A stretch of DNA of 49,594 nt, the filler included, from Sphacelaria rigidula (lineage: Eukaryota), in assembly GCA_964200075.2 (NCBI GenBank). It is 3 parts of 3 records of this genome, joined end to end, with 100 filler letters (N's around TTAATTAATTAA, not from the genome) between each part and the next. Parts side by side here need not be neighbours in the genome. Positions count along the whole stretch, not along the records: positions 1 to 16,469 come from CAXNAA020001348.1; 2 more parts are not named here. One strand, written 5' to 3'. A program made the position numbers and the translations under genes. The notes beneath the pieces are model-generated. The model did no database searches. It was given only the letters and a program-made list of their open reading frames with translations, and had not been told where the DNA came from. This document shows, piece after piece, positions 1 through 11,699 of the stretch (positions are counted from its first letter, which is position 1; each line of letters starts with the position of its first letter).

Positions 1-1959
1 AGCACTCTGCAGCCCCGTTTTTTCCCTTCCACTATGACCCTATACTCCCACGCCTGGTTTGCCGTACGTGTCTAATATTTGCCGCGAAAATGTCGGCAGC
101 AGGAGCTGCAGGAGACGAAGCGGTTGCACTTCGCATACGCGTTGGTGAATCGTTTGCTTCCGGTGCACCTTGTCGCTGCTTGATTGTGATATTAATCGGC
201 CACTCTTGTCCGTCTCAGCTTTCCTTCACTCCTCGGTATGAAGTTCCGATCGGGGCTCAGTCGTCTCTTCTGCACAATGCGGCGGTGAAGACCATACGCA
301 TGTACTTCTTTTTTGGTTAAAAAAAACAAAAAAAATCGCGTCGGCGTCTTCTCACGGTGCCGTCTTTTCGCCCACTATTGAGTATGTGTTGATATTGGCC
401 AGCATATTCTCACGGTAGCGTCGGGAATATGCTGTACATTTCGTTGGCCAATCCATCAAAATAACCTCTGCTGAGCCAGCCGTCCGTGCATGCTCCGTGA
501 ACATATCTCGGAAAAACACAAGAACCTGACAGATGAGTCTTGCAGGATTGGCGACGAAACACTCTTTGAAAGTGATAAAAACAAAACGCCCAGGTATCTC
601 GCACGAATCCGGTTGCATTGAAGATAACGCGATAAGAGAAGGTGAGGACGAGGTCAGGAGAGAAAAAGATTCGGGGCTCTCTCACATGGCTTAAACTGTA
701 GGAGCTTGCGCACCCGGCGCTTCGCTGAAGTCTTGGGGGGAAATGCGGTGGAATGGGATAGCCTATGTCGTTCATTGATTACGGAATCTCTGTTCCACAA
801 CATTCCACGACCATGATGCACCTGCTCGCGTACCCGAGTGAAACAGCTGAATATGGGAACCTTTGTGGCTAATCTCTCTCGGTCATGACTTGTCTTGCGT
901 GGAACACCTGAGCACAGAATTGTTGAAAAACCCCTCGTCTCTCATCTCGAAGACCGACGAAAATTGTGAAGGTACTACCTACAGAGTAGGCTACACCCTG
1001 TAAAGTGTACGTACGCTTCTTCGGCTGAAAAGCACGGTGTGACAGTGCTATCAGGCCGTAGTCCGACCCTCACCAACACTACTTTGTGCTGGCAGCAGAC
1101 TTGGCTGAGCGGCTTGCGCGCCGGCTCCGTTTTGAGGTTTGTTGCAACTCTCAAGTGTGCAAAGCTCTGCAGGCTGCTCAATGCCCAGGTAGGGTGGTGC
1201 TTCTCGAGACGATACAGAATCCAGACAAACCAGGAAGGTAGACAAGGAGTTAGCTCGAGCACAGTGTATAGAGATTGATATGTGCTCAACAGATGTAGGT
1301 GTGCGAGTATTTCTCCGCATACGTTACACACCAACCGGCACATATTCTACCGACTGAAGTCTCCACACGTACAACGTGGGTGATGAGTGAACACAGTACG
1401 GTGCTACTGTGTTTTGACCACGTAGAGGAATGTATAGACAATTCCGTGACAGGTCTATGATTCGTGTACAGTACAGGCCAAACCACGCGTGAGTAGCCCC
1501 TGCATCTATGACTTACGAATTCTGTGCTCATATTGTCTCGCCGGCTATAAACTGCGCCAAGCAGAAAGAACAACTCACATGCTAATATGAGCCAGCAGTG
1601 CCCCCCGCTTGCCGCGGTGTCGGGCTCACGTTTAGTCTACAAAGCTGCCGCTGTGAAAAATACGGACACGAATCAAGTCTTCCCGCTGCCTATACCCAGC
1701 CCATGACCTCATCAGCTTTCACGGTAACAACTTCATGTTGTGTCGACCGGCGCCCGGGCTTGCCTATTCGAAGCTTGCGGCCTTTTCGATCACTTCTCTG
1801 TTATCAGCGCATCGTGTGTAGCACAACGTTGTGACAGCTAAGCACGTATCTCATCCGGTACGGGTCCGTTTGCTCCGTGCGATGGCTTGAACGATAGCTA
1901 GAGACTGTGTGAGTGTTTTCCATGTGTTTCTGTGTCCATGCGGGGCTTGTGGGACGGAT

Positions 1960-2060
1960 GCTGAACGTTGACGGATGTAACAGATTACGTCAATGTTGGC
2001 GGATGTACCACAGTACGTCAATGTTGGCGGATGTAACACAGTGCGTCGACATTGACGTAA
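1960..2060. repeat. 28-bp minisatellite, ~3.5 copies
   Basis: Unit ACGTCAATGTTGGCGGATGTA(C/A)CACAGT starts at 1987 and 2015, with degenerate copies at ~1960 and 2043. Confidence 0.8.
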
Positions 2061-2690
2061 ATAGCAAGACCCTATTAAAAAAGCAGACTGTAATCATGGT
2101 GAAAACGCAGTAGAAATGTAGAACGGTAGGGTCGAGGTCGCTGGCGACCGTACCCTACTGATATGCGTTCAATATCATTTCGTTCTTCGTCGCTCCGGGT
2201 TACATATCTGGAGAGGGGAGAAGAAGCTGGACGGTGGAGTATTGGCGGACCCACGGCAAACAACACCTGCCTCACCTTCGGTCGCTAGTGTAGGCGGTGT
2301 TTGGTGCAACTTCCTCCGCGGGAGTAATGGAGCGTGACTTCTGTGTCGCAAATATGTTCTAGCCCCGCGAACGTGGCGTCGACCCCGCCCATCTCGAAAG
2401 GGCCTTGAATCTGCGGGGCCAGTCCAACAACATCCCTGTAGACGTCCCACAGCTCACGGACGAGCAGGCATCGAAAGCCGTTCAACGTCGGTTTACCGAC
2501 AGAACGAGGCTGGAAGAAGTTGAGGTGTTGAACGTCTCTCACGAGCACGAGAGTGATACGAGGGAGGAAGAAGCTTGTTGTGGGAGAACGAGTACGGGGC
2601 GGTTCCGAATTAGCTTGTTGAAATCCGTCTAATCCTCACGTGCACTGTGTGGGTCCCCATGATCATTTCCAATGGAAAACGATGACTGTC

Positions 2691-2985
2691 GCGCCCTGGC
2701 GGTCCAATGGTTTGTCACCATTAGGGTCGAGATAACGAGGGTTTGAATTCCGATGCGCTGAGCTCCTCCAAAATATTTCATCCCCACCGTCGATGCCGTT
2801 GGTTCGAGAATGGACCAGAGGTGATCGACCAAGTTCCTTTGACGAGAGTTGACGCGGTGCGGGAGTGCTGACTCAATACGCAAGATCAACATGTGGGGAA
2901 TGTAACGGGAGAAGTGGGTTGATCCCTCGAGACCGTAGACTGGTCACGAGGAAGGGAAGCGGTTCGAACTGCGGCAAAATAGTGT
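2691..2985 (+). mobile_element. tRNA-headed SINE-like element, copy 1
   Basis: A-box-like TGGCGGTCCAATGG (2697) and B-box-like GGTTTGAATTCC (2740). The body motif GTTGACGCGGTGCGGGAGT and the 3' motif GGGAGA..TGATCCCTCGAGACC..CGAGGA..GG are shared with 47250-47590, 33900-34120 and (tail only) 17250-17340. Confidence 0.6.
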
Positions 2986-3296
2986 AATCTAGGGGTACAA
3001 CACAAGATGACACATACTGTATAGTAAAGTGATCGTGTGCTGATAACGTGGTAGTTTTCCACAAACAGGTTGTAATGAATTATGCTCCTGCGTCAAGTGT
3101 GCCTTCGATAGTGTAACACACTTGATATCGATGAAGTCTCACAGCACTAGACGGCATGTTGTCCCTGGGAACGGCGATTCACAACAAAAATAGCATGTTG
3201 ATGCTTTGCTAATGTCACCAGTCGCCGCAAGTTGATATCAGTCCCGGTCCGCATTAGTTATCATAGAAATGGACTACCTTGTCCGATTTTCTTGCA

Positions 3297-3710
3297 TGTG
3301 GTCGTCTACCGCAGTGTACATTGACGGAAGTTCTTGGGATCTATTGGCATGGGCCATGCATACTGATGGAATAGCCCAAAATCTATTGCTACCAGCCATG
3401 TCTACTGGTGGACGATATCAAAATCTATCGCCATTGGCCATGAAAATCGGTGGAATATTTCGAAAATGCATCGTCACTGACGACTTATCATGATGGAATA
3501 TCGCGAAAATTATGGCGAAGGACCGTGTATATTGATATGGTATTTTCCTTATCCATTTGCATGAACGATGTGTATCGATGACATAGACCGAACTTCATCG
3601 CTACCGACAAGCGCGTATCGGTGTAATATTGCACACACTATTGCCAGTAAACATGCATATCGATGAGAACATCGCCCAGTACATTGTTACCAGCAATGGA
3701 TATGGGCAGG
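3297..3710. repeat. Degenerate 42-43-bp tandem array, ~10 units
   Basis: Units begin ATCTATTG/ATCTATCG/ATGCATCG at 3339, 3381, 3423 and 3466, with more degenerate units from 3509 on. A recurring ..CCATG....TGATGGAATA...AAA pattern is visible. Confidence 0.65.
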
Positions 3711-5239
3711 GGTGTCCTGAAGTCATTGTGCCTCCACAACGGATATCGATTCTATACTACCGTAGTTTTGTTCCAGCAATAAATCATTACCATGTCCATT
3801 GTCCAGGGTGTGCATTTAGCCAAGGGCGCAGCTCTACTCACACCAAAATTCAACACTGCTGTACACTTTACCCTCGGGAACGGTTGCTTGCCTTGTCCGA
3901 GACGGAACTATAGTGGCACCACTTTCGAAATGGACGCGGAGCTTCGGAACATCCGACAAACCAAAAGCCGAAGATGCTGTCATTTAATGGAAGTTCCTGT
4001 CAAAATGGGACAAGCTCGTTGTGATGAAACACCTTGTGCTCCTATTCACTGTCCGTGTCTCGTCAGAACGTATTCGGCCGCACTTGCGACATTCAGTAAT
4101 GGCCGTCCATCCTCCGTGCTCTGCAACTTCCACACACGAACTGTTGATATACCTTGTTTCTCTAAATGCCGAAGCTCTGGCACATGAAACGAGCGCAGTT
4201 CATCTACACGGCAGCATCACCAATATCCACCGGACCGAATCGTCAAAGGTGTCAAGGGCTCAGTATAGAATGCGAACGTCCACTATAGCTAGTGGTCGCA
4301 TTCAATGTTGCCATGGAGAGATCTGGCTGACCCTACATCTGCTCGTCAAACCTCGCGTTTCCGACTGGACAGCCTGAAGCACTCACTCCAGGCGTTCGGC
4401 TCATGAGATGTCCCCTTCAGCTATTTCTGACGTTGACACCGGTCCCGCTACCAAATTTTGAGGCACACCTTTGTCCATCTCGCCATGTTCACTCTCGTGT
4501 TGATCCAGTGAGCACCCTGTGACAAGGTGCTGATTGCTTCTACACAGCTTACCGCCTTCATTCCTGAATAAGGAAGGCATGGCAAACAGGGTTCGCCTGG
4601 TTTGCGATTGGTGTCCCGATACCTAACAACGTGGATCGGGGTTGTCGCACGGTGTCCCATCTTTCTCCAAGTCATCACCGCCGGAGCTTACGAATCCACT
4701 GTATTCTGATGCCCAATGAAGCGTGTCACGAACGACTCATCTTGGTTACAGAGGGGGGAGAGCGGAGATGGTTTTCAGCCAACCGAATGCGGCTCACAAG
4801 CCGGTCCGTAGTCCTGATGGTGCGGCCACGGGTATGCAATCGAAATGACAGGTGTACGAGGATGATAACAAGGGTGCGACTAGATTAGCTCATAAATGTG
4901 GCATGCAACATCTTTGCTATGCTGGGTATGATATATCGGCTCATTGGAGCCGACAGGTGAGGATCCCAAAGCGGGGATTTATCAACGCTAGAGCACACCA
5001 ATACGGCGAGGAAACGGGGCAACCCTTGTCTAGGGCAAAACGCGGTGATCCCACGTAGGTCTACCGCGGAGGAACACCTTGAATGACACTAAACGTTGAA
5101 CTTCGTACTATCGCAACAATATGCAGGGATATATACAAACGATATGGGATTCTTGAGCAGCACTAGATGCACACCCATGTACGACTACCGAACAGGGTAC
5201 GTGAAGTATCAAAGTTGCGGGGAATGAAGGAGTGTTGGA

Positions 5240-5809
5240 TGTTGGAATTCGACAAATAAAAGTTCCGCATATACATACTCGATATGAGCGGTACAACCAG
5301 TTACGGTTCATCGTTTGAACAAAGATCGTAGTAACAACCGACGAAGTGGATTATCCATCGTAGAATAGTGAATAGCTCATGTACTGTTTAGCTCGTATGC
5401 AGAACGTCAGCATATAGTCGGAATACTCGAAGAGTTGAGTACGAGGAGTTTAAGGTATCAACAGTTTGGATACACAGTTTCATAGTGTTCAAGAGTTTTG
5501 TCGAGAGAGTGACAGCCCTACGGTATTTACTCTGCAAAGCGACCCGCCTCGAGTGAGCGTACCAGCTTGTCATCAGTATTCTATAGAGTGGAGACTGATT
5601 GTGTTAGATTTGAGTCAGGGTGGGATGAGGAGCCAAGTTTAAGCAATCTTTATCAAAGCACAAGCAAGTGTGTAACCAACACTGTGCAACCTCTGCGAGC
5701 TCTTTCGTCAGAGCTGGGTTCCCCACTTGAACCAACTGTTCCTGTCACTTTAACAGTTAAACGCTGTGTATTTTATACACAAGCCACGATAGCCATATAT
5801 ATTTCGACA
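5240..5809 (+). repeat. Copia 5' LTR (570 bp)
   Basis: TGTTGGAATT...ATTTCGACA. Aligns with 8796-9307 and carries extra sequence around 5495-5550. Confidence 0.9.
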
Positions 5810-6472
5810 GGTCAAAGCCTCGCCACGTCAACAGGTGATCAGCCACGTTTACAGGTGTTAACTCAAAGATGTGACTGAAGCACTAGTTGTTTTCCTTCTA
5901 CTGTGTGACTACAATAAAAAACGGTTGTCTTCGGCACCAGTAGCCCGGATGCCCCCTCGAAGACGTCAAAGTGCAGCAAGGAAAGAGCGTGGTCGTCCCG
6001 CCTTTCAGCGAGGATATCAAGAGAAAACTAAGGTGTGTATAGTATAGTTCCGTCGCGAAGACGAATACATCTGAGGTGAAGAAACATTGAGGCGTGAATA
6101 AAAGGAACACAGATCATAACGGATGAATTTACCTGGACCGCCATCTGTTACTGAAGTCACAGGGAGTATCAGTAAGTTTACCGGGACAAATTTCCATAAG
6201 TGGAAACGGTCCGTTCGGGCAGGAAATCGTCCCGAAGAAATTTGTGAGCTTAGGCAGCGGCAGGATGAAGGAATTCCGCAGCTCAGTGCTTGAAGTAGTC
6301 GAGGGTAAGCCCTATAGCAACACGTTCTAGAAGCCTTCCAACGGGAACAGGAACAGAAACGTCTCCAGAGGAGACGGCGACGGTAAGGGTAGCTGTCTCA
6401 TCCAGTCAGGACTTCACAGTTGGAGTAGACTATACTGACACCCATGTAAAAGTAGTCAGCAACGCATAGAAA

Positions 6473-7460
6473 GTGGCTACTTTCAATCGCAATAATGAAA
6501 TGCTGTTTCATATATCGTACTTGACTACAACCGGACCTGCGAACAGTTATTTGCCGAGGTTCGAACTACAAGGCGTGGATACACGTGGTGAAAGAGCCTG
6601 GGAAGGATTGATTGCGAAGTACCACAACTCGTCTAAGCAAAGACGTCGTATTCTCATGAGACAGTTGGATAATTTAACCATGTCACAGGATGAGGATCCA
6701 GACGTGTTCTTCAAACAAATATATCAACTCGAGGACTAGCTCAATTATATGGGACAAAGCGTGACTGCTGACGGTTAACAGATATAATCATACAAGGGCT
6801 AACCGACGATTATGTACAAATCAAGCATGACGCTGACCGCGATCCTGACTTCAGCTTGAGGACATTGAATCAACCATACGTAATTTGTACGTGAACAGAA
6901 TGTTGGGTGTGGTATTTCGAATGAAAAGTGACATGGTGGAGATGGTGCTATGATTGCGACATTGTTTGTTGAATATTCTGGGAAGAAAACACGACACCAA
7001 GTGAAGTGGTTCACGTGGAGTAAGATAGGTCATTATATCCATGAATGGAGATCTTGACAGCAGTTTAATGATATTGGTAGACAGACGAAATGGTTTTCGC
7101 TACACAAAACAACCAACCATAATTACACTGAGTGTAGAAGTCAAAATAGGAATAAAGGTACAGGGAGAAATGATTGCAATGTCGAGCACGATAGTAATGT
7201 CGAGCATATTAGTGGAAATCTGGAACATGCATATCGGCAAGTAAACACAGTTACCATGGACACAAGTACATATTTAGAGCCTACAAATACACAACTCATA
7301 CATGCAAATGCATCGTTGGAACCAGCAGTAGATAATCCAACTGCAAGCGGGACGGGATTTACCTTCCTCACGGAGCCTGTAGGTAATCGCAGTGGAAAGG
7401 TAGCCATGTCAACCTCGTTTTCAGTAATAATCGACTCAGGAGCAGACACGCATTGCGCGG
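6473..7460 (+). pseudogene. Copia gag (UBN2-like), Zn knuckle and aspartic protease relic
   Basis: GERAWEGLIAKY...LDNLTMSQDEDPDVFF (gag), WFSLHKTTNHNYTEC (degenerate knuckle, ~7090-7135) and VIIDSGADTH (protease DSG motif, ~7425-7455). Interrupted by stops and frameshifts. Confidence 0.85.
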
Positions 7461-8795
7461 ATAGTAATTTACCACCTGTTATTGAGCGAGATTTGTCAGA
7501 TTATGTTTAGTCCAGTCCCCCAGAAGGTACAAGAACAGCGGGGGAAAACCTGCTAGGAGGAAAAGGTGAAGGAGTTGTACACACGCTGGGGACAGATACC
7601 CATGTCTATGAGAGGTCTGTGCGTCTACCAGCCATTGTAGTACCCAAATTAGGGAAACACTTTTTTCGCCTTGCAAAGCACTCAAGAATGGCGTGAATAC
7701 TATTTTTTCAGCAGATCCACATCTGGATTTGGGAGATTTTCAAGTTTGAATGAACGTTAACAACAGCGGGATATCGAGGAGTATACGCATGGAAATCATA
7801 CTTGAGGGTATTCAAGTAGCTCAGCGCTGACGACTACAGTGATATAAGCAAAATCAATGGGCGTAGGCACAACTTTGCTAGTCAGTGAGAACAAAAGTAT
7901 CAAGCAGAAGAAAAGCAGTGAAAGTAAGATATCATCGATCAAGTCTGAGACAGTAGATCAAAATAGGAGTAGATACAAGTGTACAACCAAGAAAAATAAC
8001 AATTTTCACGAGCAAAGTAAAAAGCGCAACAACAGCAGTCATATTTACGACATAAAGCAGGGTATATCAAAGAGATACTGAGGATAAAGAGCATAATAGA
8101 TTCATCATTAGGCGAGCAGGTTCGATTAAAGCAGAAGAGGGCATGCCTAGCGAGTGAAACATGAGATCAGTTCGATCACCGGTATATCTGAACAGTAGAT
8201 GGGTAGAATTGCCTGCATACATCAACATCAATGAAGATAGACATGTACGTGCAATAGAAGAGGCACGACCGCACAATGGTTTCATTTCCAAACCACCTCG
8301 AGCAATGCAAACGACAGGGTTGTAAATCTCCAGCGACAATGATATACGAAGCAAGAGCAAATCCGACAAGCATTCGACCGTCATGGACAACAGCGACGAC
8401 GTCGACACCAAGAAGCAGCCGACAAACATACTGCAGATTAATACTTAGGTATAACGTAGAGGGGTGAAAATTGTGGAGAATAAGCATTATCAACGACGGC
8501 ATAGTGGAACGACGATCGAGTGAGGAGCAAGAAGACAAGAGAGCAACTTCGACAGCATCAACGAGGTATGACTCCGTGAGCCTAGCAGATACCGCTCTTC
8601 GATTTTTTTAATAATTATTCAGGAATATATGAGTAGACTGCAGAAAGGAACAGTAAAGTACGTAAAGGTATAGTGGCGAACTGTAATGTACGGGAACTAC
8701 AGTAAAATACAAGTGGAGCACAGTATACACCCTGGACGAGAATGAAGGTAATTTCCTCTGTAGAATTTATGATCGAAATGTCATTTCGAAGGGCG

Positions 8796-9307
8796 TGTTG
8801 AAATTAGATGAATAACAGTTCCGCATATACGCACTCGATATGAGCGGTACAACCAGTTACGGTTCATCGTTTGAACAAAAATCGTAGTAACAACCGACGA
8901 AGTGGATTGTCCATCGTAGAATAGTGGATAGCTCATGTATTGTTTAGCACGTATGCAGAACGTCAGCATATTGTCGGAATATTCCAAGAGTTGAGTACGA
9001 AGGGTCTGAGGTATCAACAGTTTGGAGAAACAGTTTCATGGTGTCCAAGAGTTCATACTTGAATAAGCGTACCAGCTTCTCATCAGTGGAGACTGATTGT
9101 GTTAGATTTGAGTCACGGCCGGATGACCAGCCAAGTTTAAGCAATTTTTGTCAAAGCTCAAGCAAGTGTTTAACTAACGCTGTGCAACCTCTGCGAGCTG
9201 TTTCGTCAGAGCTGGGTTCCCCACTTGAACCAATTGTTCCTATCACTCTGACAACTGAAAATTGTGTATTTTATACACAAGCCACGATAGCCACACATAT
9301 TCCAACA
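8796..9307 (+). repeat. Copia 3' LTR (512 bp)
   Basis: TGTTGAAATT...ATTCCAACA, followed by the TSD TTGGA. Confidence 0.9.
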
Positions 9308-10180
9308 TTGGAGAGGGTCTGTGTGACGCGGCATGAACACGTCCTTCTTGAGAGAAGAAGGGGTAGATACGAGAGTGGGGGATTGAGCGAGGTTAAAAAA
9401 AACTATTCTTTCCACCACCTGCACTACATCCACGTACAAATGATAGGAGGAAAATATCAACAATGGATAACAAAAGCCAAGAACGAGGAAGCAAATATGA
9501 AGATTGGTTTGCCCAACGTCTTTCGAAACTCTGACGATGCATTGCACAAGCTTTTTACTCCAAGGTAGGATCACAGAAATTAACGAGATCTCCGTAAGAT
9601 CTAGTAAGAAGCACACTCTTGTCCGGACCCAGGGACCGTCGTGAAGTAATTTGAGGGCCAAAAGTTGGATCAAGCGTCCAAGAATTGAATAATATATATA
9701 TACATATATAAACGCGGACGAAACGGTCTAAGCACCGAAATATGTTTGAAAAAAAGTACAACTGCAGTCTACGGCCGTGGAGTTTGGTCTCGCTCATCCC
9801 CACCATACTCCATCGCCTATCTTTGAAATCCCGTCTTTACACCGATAACAATCGACCTTCGTTCATCCGGTACAAAAAAAACTGCTCTTATTTCTCAGAA
9901 TTCCCGGTGAACAGTGGACAATTGTTTGCGCATGGATTATATTTTTAGGATAACCGAGGCCGCACAACACGACCGGAGAGCACGTTTGCATTTTTGTTTT
10001 TACGATCCTTTGATGCGCTTGAAGGTTCCTGCGACTTACCCTCAAAAAAACAAAATCGATCTGCAACTTGACAAATCCTCTGCTACATACCAATGATATC
10101 GGAGATGCACTGTTCCGTTGTATTTGGGGTTGAAAGAAAATCATTTGTTCGGCTGATAGTCATGGGGAATGTGTGCTTGC

Positions 10181-10320
10181 GGGGGGAGGGAAGGGGGGGG
10201 GGGGGGGGGGAAATGCAAGTTTTGTGGAAAAAGAGGGGGGGGGTCGGGGGGGGAAAAAAAGCAAAGGGGGGTGTAGGAAGGTTTTACAGGNNNNNNNNNN
10301 TGTGGGGGGGGGGGGGGGGT

Positions 10321-10371
<51 letters not shown>
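10181..10371. other. Poly-G tracts around a 10-N gap; probable sequencing or assembly artefact
   Basis: Long G homopolymers directly flank NNNNNNNNNN (10291-10300), a pattern typical of low-quality two-colour Illumina read ends. Confidence 0.75.
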
Positions 10372-10373
<2 letters not shown>

Positions 10374-11036
10374 ATGCAAGTCTGTCTGAACAAGAAGCGG
10401 GGTGTCCGTGGCGTAAACAAATGCATATGGTGCTGTCGACGTATTTGACTGGCGAAATTGCCTTTCTTACAAAGCCTGTGTTACAAGTACGTTACCGTCG
10501 AAACTGACAGAAACCAACAACGAGAACGGTCATGCAGTATTCCGACATATTCCCCGCGATCACACCCTCTTTCGATTCACCATCTTCCTTTCCAGATCAA
10601 CGTTAATTCGCTCAAAACATAATTGTCGGCCTCTGGTGCAAATTCACGATGTCGGAGCGTCTGGACAGGGTAACTATGGAGCTTTACGAGCACCAAGCCA
10701 GTCTACCCTACATGCGGTGGAGGTCTGCGCGCAATCGAAGGAACTTGAGGCGGATGTTCGGGAGCCCATCGTTGTTCACGTCCAAATTCGGCAAATCTTG
10801 GACACGTTGACGCACAAGCTCCTTGCTCGCAAGACGACCTCCTCCCGGCGGAAGGGGGGGCGGGCGATGGGGCACGTAGACCGGAACACTGCGCTCCCAC
10901 CCTTACTGTAGCCGTCAGGTTGTTTCACTGTCGGTATCATACTATCGCCGAAGGCGCGTGCTGTGTGTCAGGCTGAAGGTTATCTTGGGAGTACCGAGGG
11001 GTGTTGACGAAGCGAGTAGCACCGTGACACGTGCTT

Positions 11037-11519
11037 GTCCCGGACGTATTCCCTCTAGAACAGCCGGTCATTGAAATTGAGGATGGAGCTTTCCATTGAG
11101 GATGAAAACACGAAGGATGAAAATCTTCGTATTCACACCAAATCTTCGAAATATGGTTTCATTGCTCAACCTATTGGTAGCTATCGACAGCTGCGACACG
11201 CCTTACATATTTCGATTTCGACGACCGAAATGCTGGGATCCCAGGTGCAAAACATGTTGGAAATTTCGGCGATCCGATCCGACCACCTGTATTCCCCAAA
11301 AGTGTTTCTTTTTATGGGATTCTAACATTTCGGTTTTATAGTTCGAAATTTGTAGGGTGTGGTGCGGTTGTCAATAACTACCAATAGGTGACGGAATGGA
11401 ACCATATTTCGAAGATTTGGTGTGGATGCGATTTTCTTTATATTTCTATTTCTCATTTTGAATGAGAACCTACATCCTCAATTTCAATGATCGATTGTTC
11501 CATGGCGATACGACCGGTG
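11037..11519. mobile_element. Foldback MITE with ~200-bp inverted arms, copy 1
   Basis: CACACCAAATCTTCGAAATATGGTT in the left arm pairs with AACCATATTTCGAAGATTTGGTGTG in the right arm, and CATTGAAATTGAGGATG pairs with CATCCTCAATTTCAATG. Same family as 44662-45081. Confidence 0.85.
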
Positions 11520-11699
11520 TTTTCCTCGAGCGCACGATACAAGCACTTCGGCGGTTTTCCTGAAGGATCAGGGAAGCGCGGCGGACGCGGGTTTATGAAC
11601 CGGGCGCTCACAATGCGATGATGACGTTTTTAGTTGTAGAGGTCGAAGCATTCGGGCATGCTGAAACTGCTTCGTTGGCAAGTGCGCAGCCCTCATATC

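Larger units (their letters stand above)
5240..9307 (+). mobile_element. Ty1/Copia LTR retrotransposon, internally deleted and non-autonomous
   Basis: Two homologous TG...CA LTRs (5240-5809 and 8796-9307). A 5-bp TSD TTGGA lies at 5235-5239 and 9308-9312, and a short purine tract GAAGGGCG precedes the 3' LTR. Gag, Zn-knuckle and protease relics are present; no recognisable RT/RNase H. Confidence 0.92.

Noticed and set aside
410-775. FSPDLVLT...CFYHF segment reminiscent of a MULE transposase
   Set aside because: Only one short motif, the expected catalytic Asp is absent, and there are no supporting flanking motifs or TIRs.
2280-2632. Coding-like plus-strand fragment (RERGVDPAHLERALNL...)
   Set aside because: Bounded by stops, with no family recognised and no clear splice sites.
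10093-10507. Poly-Gly and poly-Pro ORFs; G-quadruplex candidate
   Set aside because: They arise from G homopolymers abutting an N gap, a likely sequencing artefact.
10695-10903. Minus-strand open frame ending VRQRVQDLPNLDVNNDGLPNIRLKFLRLRADLHRM*
   Set aside because: Looks protein-like but has no convincing acceptor or homology, so it cannot be supported as an exon.
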